Source: Bacteroidales bacterium
GTDB lineage: Bacteria; Bacteroidota; Bacteroidia; Bacteroidales; VadinHA17
Reading direction: 5' to 3'
DNA length: 64,000 nt
Assembly: GCA_038248855.1 (NCBI GenBank)
Contig: JBBRXA010000005.1
Coordinates: 22,930-86,929 of the forward strand
The notes under the pieces were generated by a model, which saw nothing but the letters and a program-made list of their open reading frames with translations, was not told where the DNA came from and ran no database searches. This document shows positions 36,665 to 46,988 of the stretch, one piece after another. Position numbers and translations under genes: made by a program. Each line of letters opens with the position of its first letter. The stretch's first letter is position 1.

Positions 36665-37519
36665 TTAGCAATTAAGATCGAATGGGGGGAATTGCGGATA
36701 AATCTTTTCAAAGAGTGTCACTACCTGCCGGGCTTCTTTGACATCATGGACCCTGAGGAGGGATGCTCCTTTCAGCAGGGCAGTCATATTCAGAGCTGCT
36801 GTTCCCGTCAGAGCCTCTGCCGGAGATATATCAAGCGTCTTCCAGATCATTGACTTGCGCGATAATCCGACAAGAACCGGAAGAGTGGCAATCCTGAATT
36901 CATCAAGCCTCCTTAGCAGCTCAAAATTATCTTCCACGCTCTTTCCGAAGCCGAAGCCGGGATCGATAATTATGTCCTTCACACCTGCCTGGTGCAATCT
37001 TGCGATCCTTGTGCCGAACCACGAAAGAATGTCCGAAACAACATTTTCATAATGCGGTTTTATTTGCATTGTCTGAGGTGTGCCCTGCATATGCATCATT
37101 ACATACGGCACGTTCAGTCTTTCAACCAGGGGAAACATCCCGTCATCCATTTCACCTCCCGAGATATCATTGATTATGTCTGCCCCTGCGCTTCCTACCG
37201 CTGCTTCAGCAACACCTGCCCGCCATGTGTCAACTGATATTACCGCGTCCGAAAAATGACTCCTTATGACTTCCACAGCATTACAGACCCGCTTTTTCTC
37301 CTCTTCCTCAGGCACTTCCAGGGCTCCCGGACGAGTTGAACACCCGCCTACATCCAGAATGTCAGCACCGTCGGCAAGCATATTCCCTGCGGCTTTTATG
37401 ACATCGCTTATGCTTCCGTACCTGCTGCCCTCATAGAATGAATCATCCGTAACGTTTATGATCCCCATGACCCTGGGATGATCAAGATCAATCAACCGAC
37501 CCCTGATATTTATGAACAT
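36665..37519 (-). CDS. folP: Dihydropteroate synthase
   Basis: VMGIINVTDDSFYEGS, DILDVGGCSTRPG, IISVDT, IINDISG and DPGFGFGK are pterin-binding DHPS motifs. Confidence 0.9.
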   Translation of the reverse strand: MFINIRGRLIDLDHPRVMGIINVTDDSFYEGSRYGSISDVIKAAGNMLADGADILDVGGCSTRPGALEVPEEEEKKRVCNAVEVIRSHFSDAVISVDTWRAGVAEAAVGSAGADIINDISGGEMDDGMFPLVERLNVPYVMMHMQGTPQTMQIKPHYENVVSDILSWFGTRIARLHQAGVKDIIIDPGFGFGKSVEDNFELLRRLDEFRIATLPVLVGLSRKSMIWKTLDISPAEALTGTAALNMTALLKGASLLRVHDVKEARQVVTLFEKIYPQFPPFDLNC

Positions 37520-37622
37520 GATTCCGTAATTTCAGCCATAAAGATAATTATTGAAATGATAACAGGCTGTGGCAGCGATTGGGGACACGCCCAAAAAGGC
37601 CTATATTTGCCTTGTAAGTAAA

Positions 37623-37985
37623 ATGATCCAACAGATAAGACATATGAAAGATATTGACTGGGCCAGGGAATTCAGCGTGGCCATAACCGTAACAGACAGC
37701 AACGGTAAAATAATCTATATGAATGAAAAATCAGGTGCGACATTCGGAAAATACGGAGGTATGGATCTTTTGGGCAGTAACCTGCGTGACTGCCACAAGC
37801 CGGAATCCTGGGAAAAGATTACCTCACTTCTGGAGACAAACAAATCCAACTGCTATACAATCGAGAATGATGGTGTTAAAAAACTGATCTGTCAGGCTCC
37901 GTGGTATGACCGGGGAAAACCGTCAGGGCTGGTGGAACTATCTGTCGAGATCCCTTTTGTGATGGAACATTTCATCAGGAAATAG
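37623..37985 (+). CDS. Stand-alone PAS-domain protein
   Basis: PAS-like core AITVTDSNGKIIYMNEKSGATFGKYGG...LRDCH. The track start at 37569 is a GTG. I prefer the ATG at 37623 (MIQQIRHM). Confidence 0.6.
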   Translation: MIQQIRHMKDIDWAREFSVAITVTDSNGKIIYMNEKSGATFGKYGGMDLLGSNLRDCHKPESWEKITSLLETNKSNCYTIENDGVKKLICQAPWYDRGKPSGLVELSVEIPFVMEHFIRK

Positions 37986-38124
37986 TCTGACCGGATCATT
38001 GCCCCGCCTGAAAGAGTGTTCATAAAATCAGGCAGATGCAGGGAGGCCGGCTTTGCATAAATTTTTATCTTTAAAACCTGACCGTTACTGAGCCTGCTCA
38101 GGCTGGCAGGCATAAATTTCAGGA

Positions 38125-38811
38125 ATGAAACTAATAGTTATTGAAGGATTGGACGGTGCCGGTAAATCAACCCAGATCGGTATGCTCAGGGATTGGTTTG
38201 CAGATAAGAGACTTCAGTGCAGGTATCTCCATTTTCCAAGGACCGGGACACCGTATTTCGGGGAGCTAATTGCACGCTTCCTCAGAGGTGAATACGGAGA
38301 CCTTGATCACGTTGATCCATATCTTGTTGCAATGCTTTACGCCGGCGACCGCAAAGATGCCTCTCCCATGATCGAAGCATGGCTGTCAGAAAAATACTAT
38401 GTCCTGCTCGACAGATACACCTATTCCAATATTGCTTACCAGTGCGCCAAAACCGGTTCTGCTGAAGAAGCGGAACGCCTCAGAAAATGGATTCTGGATC
38501 TTGAGTTTGAACATTTTTCCATTCCAAAACCGGATATCAATATTTTTCTCGATGTACCTTTCAGGTTTACAGAACAGAAACTGAACAATCAGCGGAGCGG
38601 TGACGACAGGACTTACCTGAACGGAAGCCGTGATATTCACGAAAGCAGCCTTGATTTTCAGAGAGCTGTCAGAAACACCTACCTGTCAGTTGCCCGGACT
38701 GATGAAAGCCTTCAGGTGATAAACTGCCAGGATGAAAACTCGTCCATGCATAAGCCTGATGCAATATTCAGGCTCATACTTTCCAGGTTAACAGAAAAAA
38801 AGATATTGTAG
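38125..38811 (+). CDS. tmk: Thymidylate kinase(-like)
   Basis: P-loop IVIEGLDGAGKSTQ, a DRY motif (LLDRYTYSNIAYQ) and a lid region. Confidence 0.8.
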   Translation: MKLIVIEGLDGAGKSTQIGMLRDWFADKRLQCRYLHFPRTGTPYFGELIARFLRGEYGDLDHVDPYLVAMLYAGDRKDASPMIEAWLSEKYYVLLDRYTYSNIAYQCAKTGSAEEAERLRKWILDLEFEHFSIPKPDINIFLDVPFRFTEQKLNNQRSGDDRTYLNGSRDIHESSLDFQRAVRNTYLSVARTDESLQVINCQDENSSMHKPDAIFRLILSRLTEKKIL

Positions 38812-40029
38812 ATGGAACGCCTGACCCGAATAATCAGAATAATAACCGGATTGGTTTTTGTCTTTTCCGGACTGGTAAAAGGCATTGATCCGCTGGGAAC
38901 GGCATATAAGCTGAACGATTATTTTTCAGCCTTTAATTTCAGCTTTCTCGATGACCTTGCCCTACCCCTTTCCATTCTGCTCTGCTCGGTGGAATTTCTT
39001 GCCGGGCTGATGCTGGTTACAGGAGCTTTTACAAAGATTGCTTCGTGGGCTGTTGCACTTTTCATGGCCCTCTTTACCCCTCTAACCCTGGCGCTTGCCA
39101 TTTTCAACCCAGTGTCCGACTGCGGTTGCTTCGGCGATGCCATTCATCTTACGAACTGGCAGACATTCTATAAAAACATCATTCTCACTCTGCTTGTCGT
39201 TTTTGTTTTCGTCCGGAGAGATGACAGAAATGCCACAATGAACCTGAAAAGATCAGCAGTTGCCTTAACTGCTTATACAGTGATCTTCCTCCTATTTGTA
39301 TGGTATAATCTTGTCTGGCTTCCGGTGATCGACTTCAGGCCTTACCGGCCCGGAACCAATCTGCCAGCGGCAATGGCAAGGCCTGCCGACGCCCCGGCAG
39401 ACAAATACGACATCCGGTTCCTCTACAGTAAGGATGGAGTGACGAAGGAGTTCACCATGCAGGACTATCCGGCAAACGATACTACCTGGAAATTTGTAGA
39501 TCAGAAATCAGTTCTTGTTTCGGCGGGGTACAAACCGCCGGTGCATGATTTTTATCTCGTCACCGGTGACGGCGCAGATATGACAGAGGATATTCTGGGC
39601 AATCCCGGATTTACGCTTCTCATGATCGCCGGAAAACTTGAGAAATCGAATAAAAAGGCTATCGCTGACGGCCTTAACCTTGGATTTGAGATACAGAAAC
39701 AGAGTATCGGTTTTTATGTTGTAACTGCCACTGCTGCTGAAGCTGCGAGTGCATATTCTGCGGGTTTCAACACACTCTTTGCAGACCATACTACTCTGAA
39801 GACTGTCATCCGTGCCAATCCCGGCTACCTGCTCCTGCAAAACGGAACCGTTATGGCAATGTGGTCACACAGGGATGTTCCGTCGTCTGATAAATTCAGG
39901 GGTGATCTTAACGCCCTTTCAGTTAAAACTCACACCCGGAGAAGCAGTTTACTGTTCGCGGTCTCTTCAGTTTTAATTATTTCACTTCTGTTTTTTATTA
40001 CACAGCCTCTGAGGAAAAAAGAACTATAA
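38812..40029 (+). CDS. MauE/DoxX-type membrane protein fused to an extracytoplasmic domain
   Basis: N-terminal 4 TM segments with the SDCGCFGD motif typical of MauE/DoxX proteins, then a ~200-aa soluble region and a C-terminal TM segment. The start codon directly abuts the tmk stop. Confidence 0.65.
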   Translation: MERLTRIIRIITGLVFVFSGLVKGIDPLGTAYKLNDYFSAFNFSFLDDLALPLSILLCSVEFLAGLMLVTGAFTKIASWAVALFMALFTPLTLALAIFNPVSDCGCFGDAIHLTNWQTFYKNIILTLLVVFVFVRRDDRNATMNLKRSAVALTAYTVIFLLFVWYNLVWLPVIDFRPYRPGTNLPAAMARPADAPADKYDIRFLYSKDGVTKEFTMQDYPANDTTWKFVDQKSVLVSAGYKPPVHDFYLVTGDGADMTEDILGNPGFTLLMIAGKLEKSNKKAIADGLNLGFEIQKQSIGFYVVTATAAEAASAYSAGFNTLFADHTTLKTVIRANPGYLLLQNGTVMAMWSHRDVPSSDKFRGDLNALSVKTHTRRSSLLFAVSSVLIISLLFFITQPLRKKEL

Positions 40030-40046
40030 ACAAAAACAAAAAAATC

Positions 40047-40805
40047 ATGAGAAAAAAGATCGTAGCCGGCAACTGGAAAATGAATATGGATATGAATGAG
40101 GGGGCGGCTCTTGCAACGGCGATAAACGACCATTTTACTGCTTCACCGCTAATAGGCAAAGAGGTTGTACTATGTACTCCGTTCATACATCTGGGGGTAG
40201 TTTCTGCCCTGGTAACCGCCAGGGGCGTCAGTGTGGGAGCCCAGAACTGCAATGATCACAAATCAGGAGCCTATACAGGAGAAATATCCGCAGCTATGAT
40301 ACGTAGCACCGGGGCATCAAATGTCATTATCGGACATTCGGAGCGGCGCTCCCTGTACGGTGAGGATGACAGCCTCCTGGCGGCCAAAACGAATGTGGCC
40401 CTTGAAAACGGATTGCGTGTCATATTCTGCTGCGGGGAGATACTTCCGGAGAGAGAACAGAATCTTCATTTTGATGTTGTAAAACGTCAGCTTGAGCAAG
40501 GCCTGTTCATTCTGCCGGAAGCTGAATTCAAAAAGTGCATAATAGCGTATGAACCAGTATGGGCTATCGGAACAGGCGTTACGGCCTCCCCGGCCCAGGC
40601 ACAGGAGATGCACCGTTTTATAAGGGAACAGGTCGCCAAACGATACGGGACTAACGTTGCTGATGATACGACAATACTCTACGGGGGCAGTTGCAAGGCA
40701 TCCAACGCCGCAGAGCTCTTCGCCAATCCTGACGTTGACGGCGGACTGATCGGCGGTGCATCACTTGTCAGTGAGGAATTATGTAACATTGTGAAAGCGT
40801 TGTAA
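40047..40805 (+). CDS. tpiA: Triosephosphate isomerase
   Basis: AGNWKMN, IIGHSERR, AYEPVWAIGTG and YGGS motifs. Confidence 0.95.
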   Translation: MRKKIVAGNWKMNMDMNEGAALATAINDHFTASPLIGKEVVLCTPFIHLGVVSALVTARGVSVGAQNCNDHKSGAYTGEISAAMIRSTGASNVIIGHSERRSLYGEDDSLLAAKTNVALENGLRVIFCCGEILPEREQNLHFDVVKRQLEQGLFILPEAEFKKCIIAYEPVWAIGTGVTASPAQAQEMHRFIREQVAKRYGTNVADDTTILYGGSCKASNAAELFANPDVDGGLIGGASLVSEELCNIVKAL

Positions 40806-40811
40806 TTACTG

Positions 40812-43800
40812 ATGAAAAAGATTATCATTGCATTACTGGCATTAATCGCCGTTTGCTCTCCCGTGGCGGGGCAGGGTTCAGGGCAGTTTACGGGTGATGC
40901 CTCCAAATTCACCGCAGAGCTGACTACTTTTATGGGAACTCTTGTCAGTAAGCCGCAAAAGGAAGAGGTTAATCTTTTCATCTCATTATTTGACAGCACC
41001 TGCTATTCAACCGTGGTCAAAGACAAAATCGTTAACGTAGCGAGTCAGCTCAGAGGAAGACGAATAAGCCAGGTACCCGGCTTCATCTACTTTTTTCGCA
41101 CACTTTCTGATTTTGTCACCACCGGTCAGGACCAGGATGAGATAGACGCCTGGCTTTCGGGTCTTAGCGAGACTGCCTTCAGTCGTCGCTTTGCCAACGC
41201 CTCGATTGAAAAATTCATTGAGGTGACCGGTCTTTTGCTTGTTGACAATACAATTTATTCAGCAGGGTCTGTCAGATGGAAAACCAAGGAGGGAACAGTT
41301 GAATTTGCACGTGACACGGTTTTAAAGATCGATATTAAAGCTGTAACACTTACCTCCTTTCTTGGCAAGGACAGTACCGAAATCTTTGATTTTACCGGTA
41401 CTTACTACCCTGACATTTTTCTCCTGCACTGTGAGACAGGAACAGTAACCTGGGAAAAAGCCGGCTATGACCCTTCAAAAGTCTTTGCCACTGTCTCCGA
41501 TTTTGATATAAATGTAACTCGCAGTGAGTTCACATGCGACTCAGCCCTGCTTACCCACGAAACCTATTTCCGTGAACCGGTATGGGGGACCCTTACTGAC
41601 AGGGCGGTGGAGATAGTTTCACCTGATAAGGCCACGATGCCCCGTTTTGAAACCCTTGAGACCCGGTTCTTCATCAAAGATATTTACGAGGGGGTGGATT
41701 ATGAGGGAGGTCTGGCCCTCGAGGGTGCGGTAGTACGGGGGACGGGATCAGACTGGTCTCCGGCAGAGGTAAATCTGTACCGCAATGATACCCTGTACGT
41801 TAACCTTAGATCAAAAAACTTTCTTCTCTCGCAGAAATTAATCAACAGCTACGAGACATCCGCCACACTGTATCTGAAAAAAGACTCCATCTTTCATTCC
41901 AACCTGGGCTTCACATACAAGGCCGAAACGCGGGAGGTAAGTCTTTTCCGGACTACCAGCCCGCTTTCACGAAGCCCCTATTTCGACTCCTATCACAATC
42001 TCGATCTCTCCTTCGAACACCTGTCGTGGGACATGGACGAGTCCTCGGTAATCATGTCACGCACCAGGGGAGCTTCAATTGGTGCCGCAAAATTCGAATC
42101 CGTCTCATTTTACAACCAGGCGAACTTCTTCAGACTGATGCGGCTGGATGATGTTCATCCGCTTTACCGTTTCAGGGACTTTGCAAAATATTACGGGTCG
42201 GAGGTCTTCCCCGTCGAGGCATTTGCCCGCTGGACCCGAATGCCAATAGAGCAGGCAACAGCCATGTGCATAGAGCTGGCAAACAACGGGTTTCTGTTCT
42301 ATGACCGTAATTACAATGAGGTAACAGTAAAGAAAAAGCTGGATGATTACATTGCCTCATTTGCAAAGAAAAAAGACTATGACGCCATAGCAATTATGAG
42401 CGAAGCCAGTGGCACGGAAGAAAACGCCATCCTTGACCTTAAAAACTTCCAGCTAAGCATGTGGGGAGTACAGGGGGTTTCGCTGAGCGACTCACAGCGC
42501 GTGGCCATAAAGCCCTACGGGGGGAAGCTCGTAGTGGGGCGGAACCGCTCAATTGTCTTTGACGGAGTTGTGCAGGCCGGGCTTTTCACCATCTACGGGA
42601 AGGAATTTTCTTTCAATTATGACACTTTCTATATCAGACTGGAGAAAATTGACTCAATACGAATTGCGGTCGAGACTGACAAAAGAGATGCATACGGACG
42701 ACCAATTATAAAAAGTATTGACAACATGATTGAGCTTGGAACGGCTGAGCTCTTTATCGATGACCCGAAAAACAAATCCGGACTCCGGAGCCTGAAGCAA
42801 TATCCCATAATTAATGCAGTCACATACTCCTATATCTTTTATGACAAGATCCCGGGGCTGGAAAACGTCTATCCCCAGAAGGATTTCTTCTTTAAGATTA
42901 ATCCCTTCACGTACAATAATCTTGACCACTATTCAAATGAGGATATCGCCCTTGAGGGAGAGTTTGTGGCCGGCGGGATTACCGTGCCTATGAGACAGAT
43001 ACTGACGGTTCAGCCGGACAACTCACTCGGATTCTCAATGACCGTGGGCCCGCAGGGTCTTCCTGTTTACGAAGGAAAAGGTTTGCTTTTTGAACATCTG
43101 AGCATGAGCAATTCGGGACTTATCGGCAACGGAAGGGTAAATTACCTCTCTGCCACTGCGGTGGCTGACACCTTCCTTTTCTACCCTGATTCAATGACAA
43201 CCAGGGCTCTCAGTTTTACAATGACTGCAGATGCGGCCCGCAGGTTTCCTGAACTGAATTCGACCGACGTTGACATTAAATGGCTTGCAGGCAGGGATGA
43301 ATGGCATGCAGTAAACAGCAGTGGGAAAATGTTCAACATGTACGCCAACGGAACCACAATGGCTGGTGCCCTGACTCTTAAACCCTCCGGTATGGACGGC
43401 AAGGGTGAGGTGAACATGGCTGACGCACGCATTACATCACAAACATTCAGCTTCGGGAACAGCACAATTGACGCTGACACATCAGATTACTACCTCAAAG
43501 CCCTCAAGGGCAACGGATACGGCTTTGTGGCCACAAACGCCAACAGCCATGTCAGTTTTAAAGACCAGCGATCCTCGTTCAGCCTTAACACGGATTCGTC
43601 TCTCGTCGTATTCCCCGAAATCGAGTACATATCCAAAATGACAAATTTCGAGTACGACATGACCTCCAAGGTGCTCAACATGTCTCAGCGCGGAAGGGAA
43701 TCAACAACCCTGATGCCGGCAGATCTTCTGATCAAGGTGCCACCGGGCAAGGTTGAAAAACCGACCTTCCTCTCGACTAACAATATGAAGGATACCGTCA

Positions 43801-45311
43801 AATTTCAGTCGGGCAGCGCCTCCTATTTCCTCAGGGATGAATTTGTGAAAGTGGAAGGTGTTAACTATATACCTGTCGCCGATGCGCTTATACAACCCGG
43901 AGAAGGTACGCTCTTCATTGACAAGGGAGCTAAAATAAGGCAAACTGACAGTGCAATCGTAGCTGTCAATAACAGACACCTGATCCACTCCGCCAGGATT
44001 AATATCGAAAGCAGTGCAAGTTACTTCGGTTCCGGAAAATATAATTATGTAGATGAGAGAGGTAATATCCAGATAATAGATTTTCCTGAGATAAGAGTTG
44101 ACACAATGGCCACCAGGGCACAGGGATACATTCCCGAATCGCAGAACTTCTCACTCAGCCCGGCGTTTACCTTTTCGGGAGATGTTTCGATGAGATCAGC
44201 AAAAGACTACCTTAGGTTTACGGGAGCGGCAGGCATAGTTACCATTTGTGCCAACATCAAAAACCAGCCTGTAAAATTCAGTTCGCTGATTGATCCGAAC
44301 AACATTCTCATACCGATTGATGACAAACCCCGGGATATAAACGACGACCTGGTATTCTCAGGTTCATTCGTTACCCTTGACTCCGCAGGAGTATACGGCA
44401 CATTCCTCTCGGAGAGGAAATCATGGAGCGATAACCCACTGATAAATTCGTCCGGATATCTGTTCTACGACAGGGGTGCCGGCAAATACCGGATTGCATC
44501 ACTGGAGAAGCTGTCTGACCTGAGCATGAACGGAAATATGGTAACCTTTGACAGAAACTTCTGTGTCCTTGGAAGCGAAGGGAAATTGACTTTCGGAACT
44601 AACTTTGACCTTTTTGAAATGGAAAGTGCCGGAAATGTGATCCATGACACTGACTCATCCCTTGTCACAGTAAAGGCTATTCTCGGCTTCTCATTCTTCT
44701 TCAGTCCTGAAGCACTTACAATGGCAGCTGACGACTTCCGTTCCGTTCCAACGCTCAAACCGGTAAACCTGGCAACTGAATTTAACAGCAAAGCCATGCG
44801 GGATCTCATCGGAGTTGATGCCGCCAGAGCTCTCGGAGAGGAACTGCAGCTGTTTGGTGTAGTTCGAAACCTGCCAAAAGGATATGACTACCAGTTGCTT
44901 CTCAATGACGTGACACTGGAATGGAATCCGAATTCACTCTCATTTATTTCGAAGGGGAAAATCGGAATCGGGTTCATAGGAAGTCAGCCGCTGAATATAT
45001 ATGTCGACGGTTATGTCGAGCTTCAGCGAAAACGGTCAGGGGACCTGCTTGACATCTACCTGAAAGCAAATGACGGAACCTGGTACTGGTTCTCCTATTT
45101 CAGGGGGGTGATGATGAGCTATTCTTCAAATTCAGCATACAATGACCTGTTAAATACACTGAAGGAGAAGGTGAGAAAACATCCCAGGTCAACAGAAAAA
45201 GTGCCGTACAAATACATGATCGGGTTGCAGGCCAGACTTGCAAGATTCCTGTACAGGATGGAGAATGGCGGTATTTCTGATGAGGATGAATACAACAGTT
45301 TTGATCAGTAG
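40812..45311 (+). CDS. Very large secreted hypothetical protein (1499 aa)
   Basis: Signal peptide MKKIIIALLALIAVCSPVAGQ. One uninterrupted ORF with no motif I can assign. There is no obvious internal tandem repeat and no T9SS-type C-terminal domain. Confidence 0.8.
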   Translation: MKKIIIALLALIAVCSPVAGQGSGQFTGDASKFTAELTTFMGTLVSKPQKEEVNLFISLFDSTCYSTVVKDKIVNVASQLRGRRISQVPGFIYFFRTLSDFVTTGQDQDEIDAWLSGLSETAFSRRFANASIEKFIEVTGLLLVDNTIYSAGSVRWKTKEGTVEFARDTVLKIDIKAVTLTSFLGKDSTEIFDFTGTYYPDIFLLHCETGTVTWEKAGYDPSKVFATVSDFDINVTRSEFTCDSALLTHETYFREPVWGTLTDRAVEIVSPDKATMPRFETLETRFFIKDIYEGVDYEGGLALEGAVVRGTGSDWSPAEVNLYRNDTLYVNLRSKNFLLSQKLINSYETSATLYLKKDSIFHSNLGFTYKAETREVSLFRTTSPLSRSPYFDSYHNLDLSFEHLSWDMDESSVIMSRTRGASIGAAKFESVSFYNQANFFRLMRLDDVHPLYRFRDFAKYYGSEVFPVEAFARWTRMPIEQATAMCIELANNGFLFYDRNYNEVTVKKKLDDYIASFAKKKDYDAIAIMSEASGTEENAILDLKNFQLSMWGVQGVSLSDSQRVAIKPYGGKLVVGRNRSIVFDGVVQAGLFTIYGKEFSFNYDTFYIRLEKIDSIRIAVETDKRDAYGRPIIKSIDNMIELGTAELFIDDPKNKSGLRSLKQYPIINAVTYSYIFYDKIPGLENVYPQKDFFFKINPFTYNNLDHYSNEDIALEGEFVAGGITVPMRQILTVQPDNSLGFSMTVGPQGLPVYEGKGLLFEHLSMSNSGLIGNGRVNYLSATAVADTFLFYPDSMTTRALSFTMTADAARRFPELNSTDVDIKWLAGRDEWHAVNSSGKMFNMYANGTTMAGALTLKPSGMDGKGEVNMADARITSQTFSFGNSTIDADTSDYYLKALKGNGYGFVATNANSHVSFKDQRSSFSLNTDSSLVVFPEIEYISKMTNFEYDMTSKVLNMSQRGRESTTLMPADLLIKVPPGKVEKPTFLSTNNMKDTVKFQSGSASYFLRDEFVKVEGVNYIPVADALIQPGEGTLFIDKGAKIRQTDSAIVAVNNRHLIHSARINIESSASYFGSGKYNYVDERGNIQIIDFPEIRVDTMATRAQGYIPESQNFSLSPAFTFSGDVSMRSAKDYLRFTGAAGIVTICANIKNQPVKFSSLIDPNNILIPIDDKPRDINDDLVFSGSFVTLDSAGVYGTFLSERKSWSDNPLINSSGYLFYDRGAGKYRIASLEKLSDLSMNGNMVTFDRNFCVLGSEGKLTFGTNFDLFEMESAGNVIHDTDSSLVTVKAILGFSFFFSPEALTMAADDFRSVPTLKPVNLATEFNSKAMRDLIGVDAARALGEELQLFGVVRNLPKGYDYQLLLNDVTLEWNPNSLSFISKGKIGIGFIGSQPLNIYVDGYVELQRKRSGDLLDIYLKANDGTWYWFSYFRGVMMSYSSNSAYNDLLNTLKEKVRKHPRSTEKVPYKYMIGLQARLARFLYRMENGGISDEDEYNSFDQ

Positions 45312-45814
45312 CTGCGGTTGCGGCCGCGGTCACCGAACTCGATGACCTCCATATCACCTATCCTGCCCCCGTCAACCGTAAAACGGAGCAGCGTCATTAC
45401 CTTGTGTATACCGGTCTTGCCGGCAGATCCCGGGTTGATACAGAGCATTGAGTTGACCTTGTCATAGATCACTTTCACGATGTGTGAATGACCGCAGACA
45501 AATATATCAGGCTTATATTCCTGTACCAGTTCACGTGCACGAAAGTCATAACGACCGGGGTAACCTCCTATATGAATGAGCAGGACTTTCTTTCCATCAA
45601 CGGTAAAACTCAGATGCTCACTGGCTGCGTTGCGGACCTCGAAACCGTCACAGTTGCCCCAGACGGCGCGCAGAGGTTTAAAAGCTTCGAGCTTCGTAAT
45701 AACATCAATATTTCCGGCATCACCCGCATGCCAGATTTCGTCGACATCGGCAAAGTGCTCATATACAGCAGTATCTAACCAACCGTGGGTATCTGAAAGT
45801 ACTCCGATTTTCAT
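45305..45814 (-). CDS. YfcE/MJ0936-type metallophosphoesterase
   Basis: MKIGVLSDTHG, HAGD, GNCD and CGHSH motifs. Confidence 0.85.
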   Translation of the reverse strand: MKIGVLSDTHGWLDTAVYEHFADVDEIWHAGDAGNIDVITKLEAFKPLRAVWGNCDGFEVRNAASEHLSFTVDGKKVLLIHIGGYPGRYDFRARELVQEYKPDIFVCGHSHIVKVIYDKVNSMLCINPGSAGKTGIHKVMTLLRFTVDGGRIGDMEVIEFGDRGRNRSY

Positions 45815-45876
45815 TCTTTAAAAAGATTTAAACATGCAGTGCTAAATTCAATAAATTTGCGGAAAGAAAGGTCATC

Positions 45877-46581
45877 ATGCAAATATTTTATACTACAGGA
45901 GTAGCGGGTAACGTTGCAGCATTCAGCAGGGATGAGTCGGGCCACTGCATAAGAGTGCTGAGGATGAGAAAGGGCGACGCGATTAACTTCACTGACGGAA
46001 AAGGAAATTTGTATGAGGGAGTGATCACCGGCGAGAGCCCGGTCATGATGGAAGCTTCAGTAACCAAAGTCTTTATGGAGTACGGCAGGAGAAGTTACAG
46101 GCTTCACGCTGCCATATCTCCGTTGAAGAATAATGACAGGTTCGAATGGTTCATTGAGAAAGCAGTTGAAATGGGGATTGACGAGATCACCCCAATCATA
46201 TGTTCCCGCACTGAAAAACAGAGGATAAAGCGTGACCGTCTTGAGAGCATCATAATGTCTGCCATGAAACAGTCTGTCAAGGCCTACCTGCCAGTGCTTA
46301 AAGAACCCATACCCATTACAGATTTTTTAGCCGGAGAATTTTCGGGAGTAAGGTTAATAGCCCACTGCAACGGGATTCCGGAAAGAATACCTATTTCTGA
46401 AGTCGTCAGACGTAATGAGGATACCGTGATCATGATCGGTCCCGAAGGCGATTTCACCGTTGATGAGGTAATGATGGCCACGGAAGCCGGATTTATACCG
46501 GTTCACCTTGGAGAGAGCCGGCTGAGAACAGAAACAGCAGGCGTCACCGCCTGCTGCTCGGTCTACTTAGCCAATATCTGA
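45877..46581 (+). CDS. rsmE: 16S rRNA (uracil1498-N3)-methyltransferase
   Basis: PUA-like N-terminus (HCIRVLRMRKGD) and a SPOUT C-terminus (IMIGPEGDFT...LGESRLRTETAG). Confidence 0.85.
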   Translation: MQIFYTTGVAGNVAAFSRDESGHCIRVLRMRKGDAINFTDGKGNLYEGVITGESPVMMEASVTKVFMEYGRRSYRLHAAISPLKNNDRFEWFIEKAVEMGIDEITPIICSRTEKQRIKRDRLESIIMSAMKQSVKAYLPVLKEPIPITDFLAGEFSGVRLIAHCNGIPERIPISEVVRRNEDTVIMIGPEGDFTVDEVMMATEAGFIPVHLGESRLRTETAGVTACCSVYLANI

Positions 46582-46583
46582 GG

Positions 46584-46811
46584 TCAAACCCTTGCGGATG
46601 AGAAATCGAAAGCCTCCCGTATTCGTTTGACAGGCAGGTTATAGAACTCTGTATACCTGGATCTTTCACAGATCACCGCAGTATTTCTCGTACCCTGAAT
46701 ATTGAAAAACTGGCTCAACTGGCTGTGTTGAATGATCACTCCCTTTACGAGATATTTTTTTCCGCCGCACTTCGGACAGACATACTTCAGTACCGGAAAT
46801 TCACTTTTCAT
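46584..46811 (-). CDS. Small zinc-ribbon-family protein (degenerate second Cys pair)
   Basis: CPKCGGKKY at the N-terminus. At the usual second knuckle, CxxCGYTEFY reads CERSRYTEFY. It is the last gene of the SPFH operon. Confidence 0.55.
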   Translation of the reverse strand: MKSEFPVLKYVCPKCGGKKYLVKGVIIQHSQLSQFFNIQGTRNTAVICERSRYTEFYNLPVKRIREAFDFSSARV

Positions 46812-46986
46812 CTTTACTGTCGCTTTTATTATCCTTTTTTGTCCTGCTTCGCCCGGCTTTGCGCAGCGCCTGGTCGAGTATCCACTCTATCTGACCGTTG
46901 GTGCTGCGGAACTCGTCAGAGGCCCAATGCTCGATGGCACTCAGCTTATCCGGATCGATGCGTATGACAAATGACTTCTTCTGCAT
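46801..46986 (-). CDS. Arc/MetJ-type ribbon-helix-helix DNA-binding protein
   Basis: SFVIRIDPDKLSAIEHWASDEFRSTNGQIEWILDQAL fits the RHH beta-strand plus two-helix pattern, followed by a basic tail. Confidence 0.6.
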   Translation of the reverse strand: MQKKSFVIRIDPDKLSAIEHWASDEFRSTNGQIEWILDQALRKAGRSRTKKDNKSDSKDEK

Positions 46987-46988
46987 GA

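Noticed and set aside
38070-38100. Inverted repeat agcctg-ct-caggct upstream of tmk as a terminator or riboswitch element.
   Set aside because: A 2-nt loop cannot form a hairpin, there is no U-tract, and the repeat is too short to distinguish from chance. It might be a protein-binding palindrome, but nothing else supports that.
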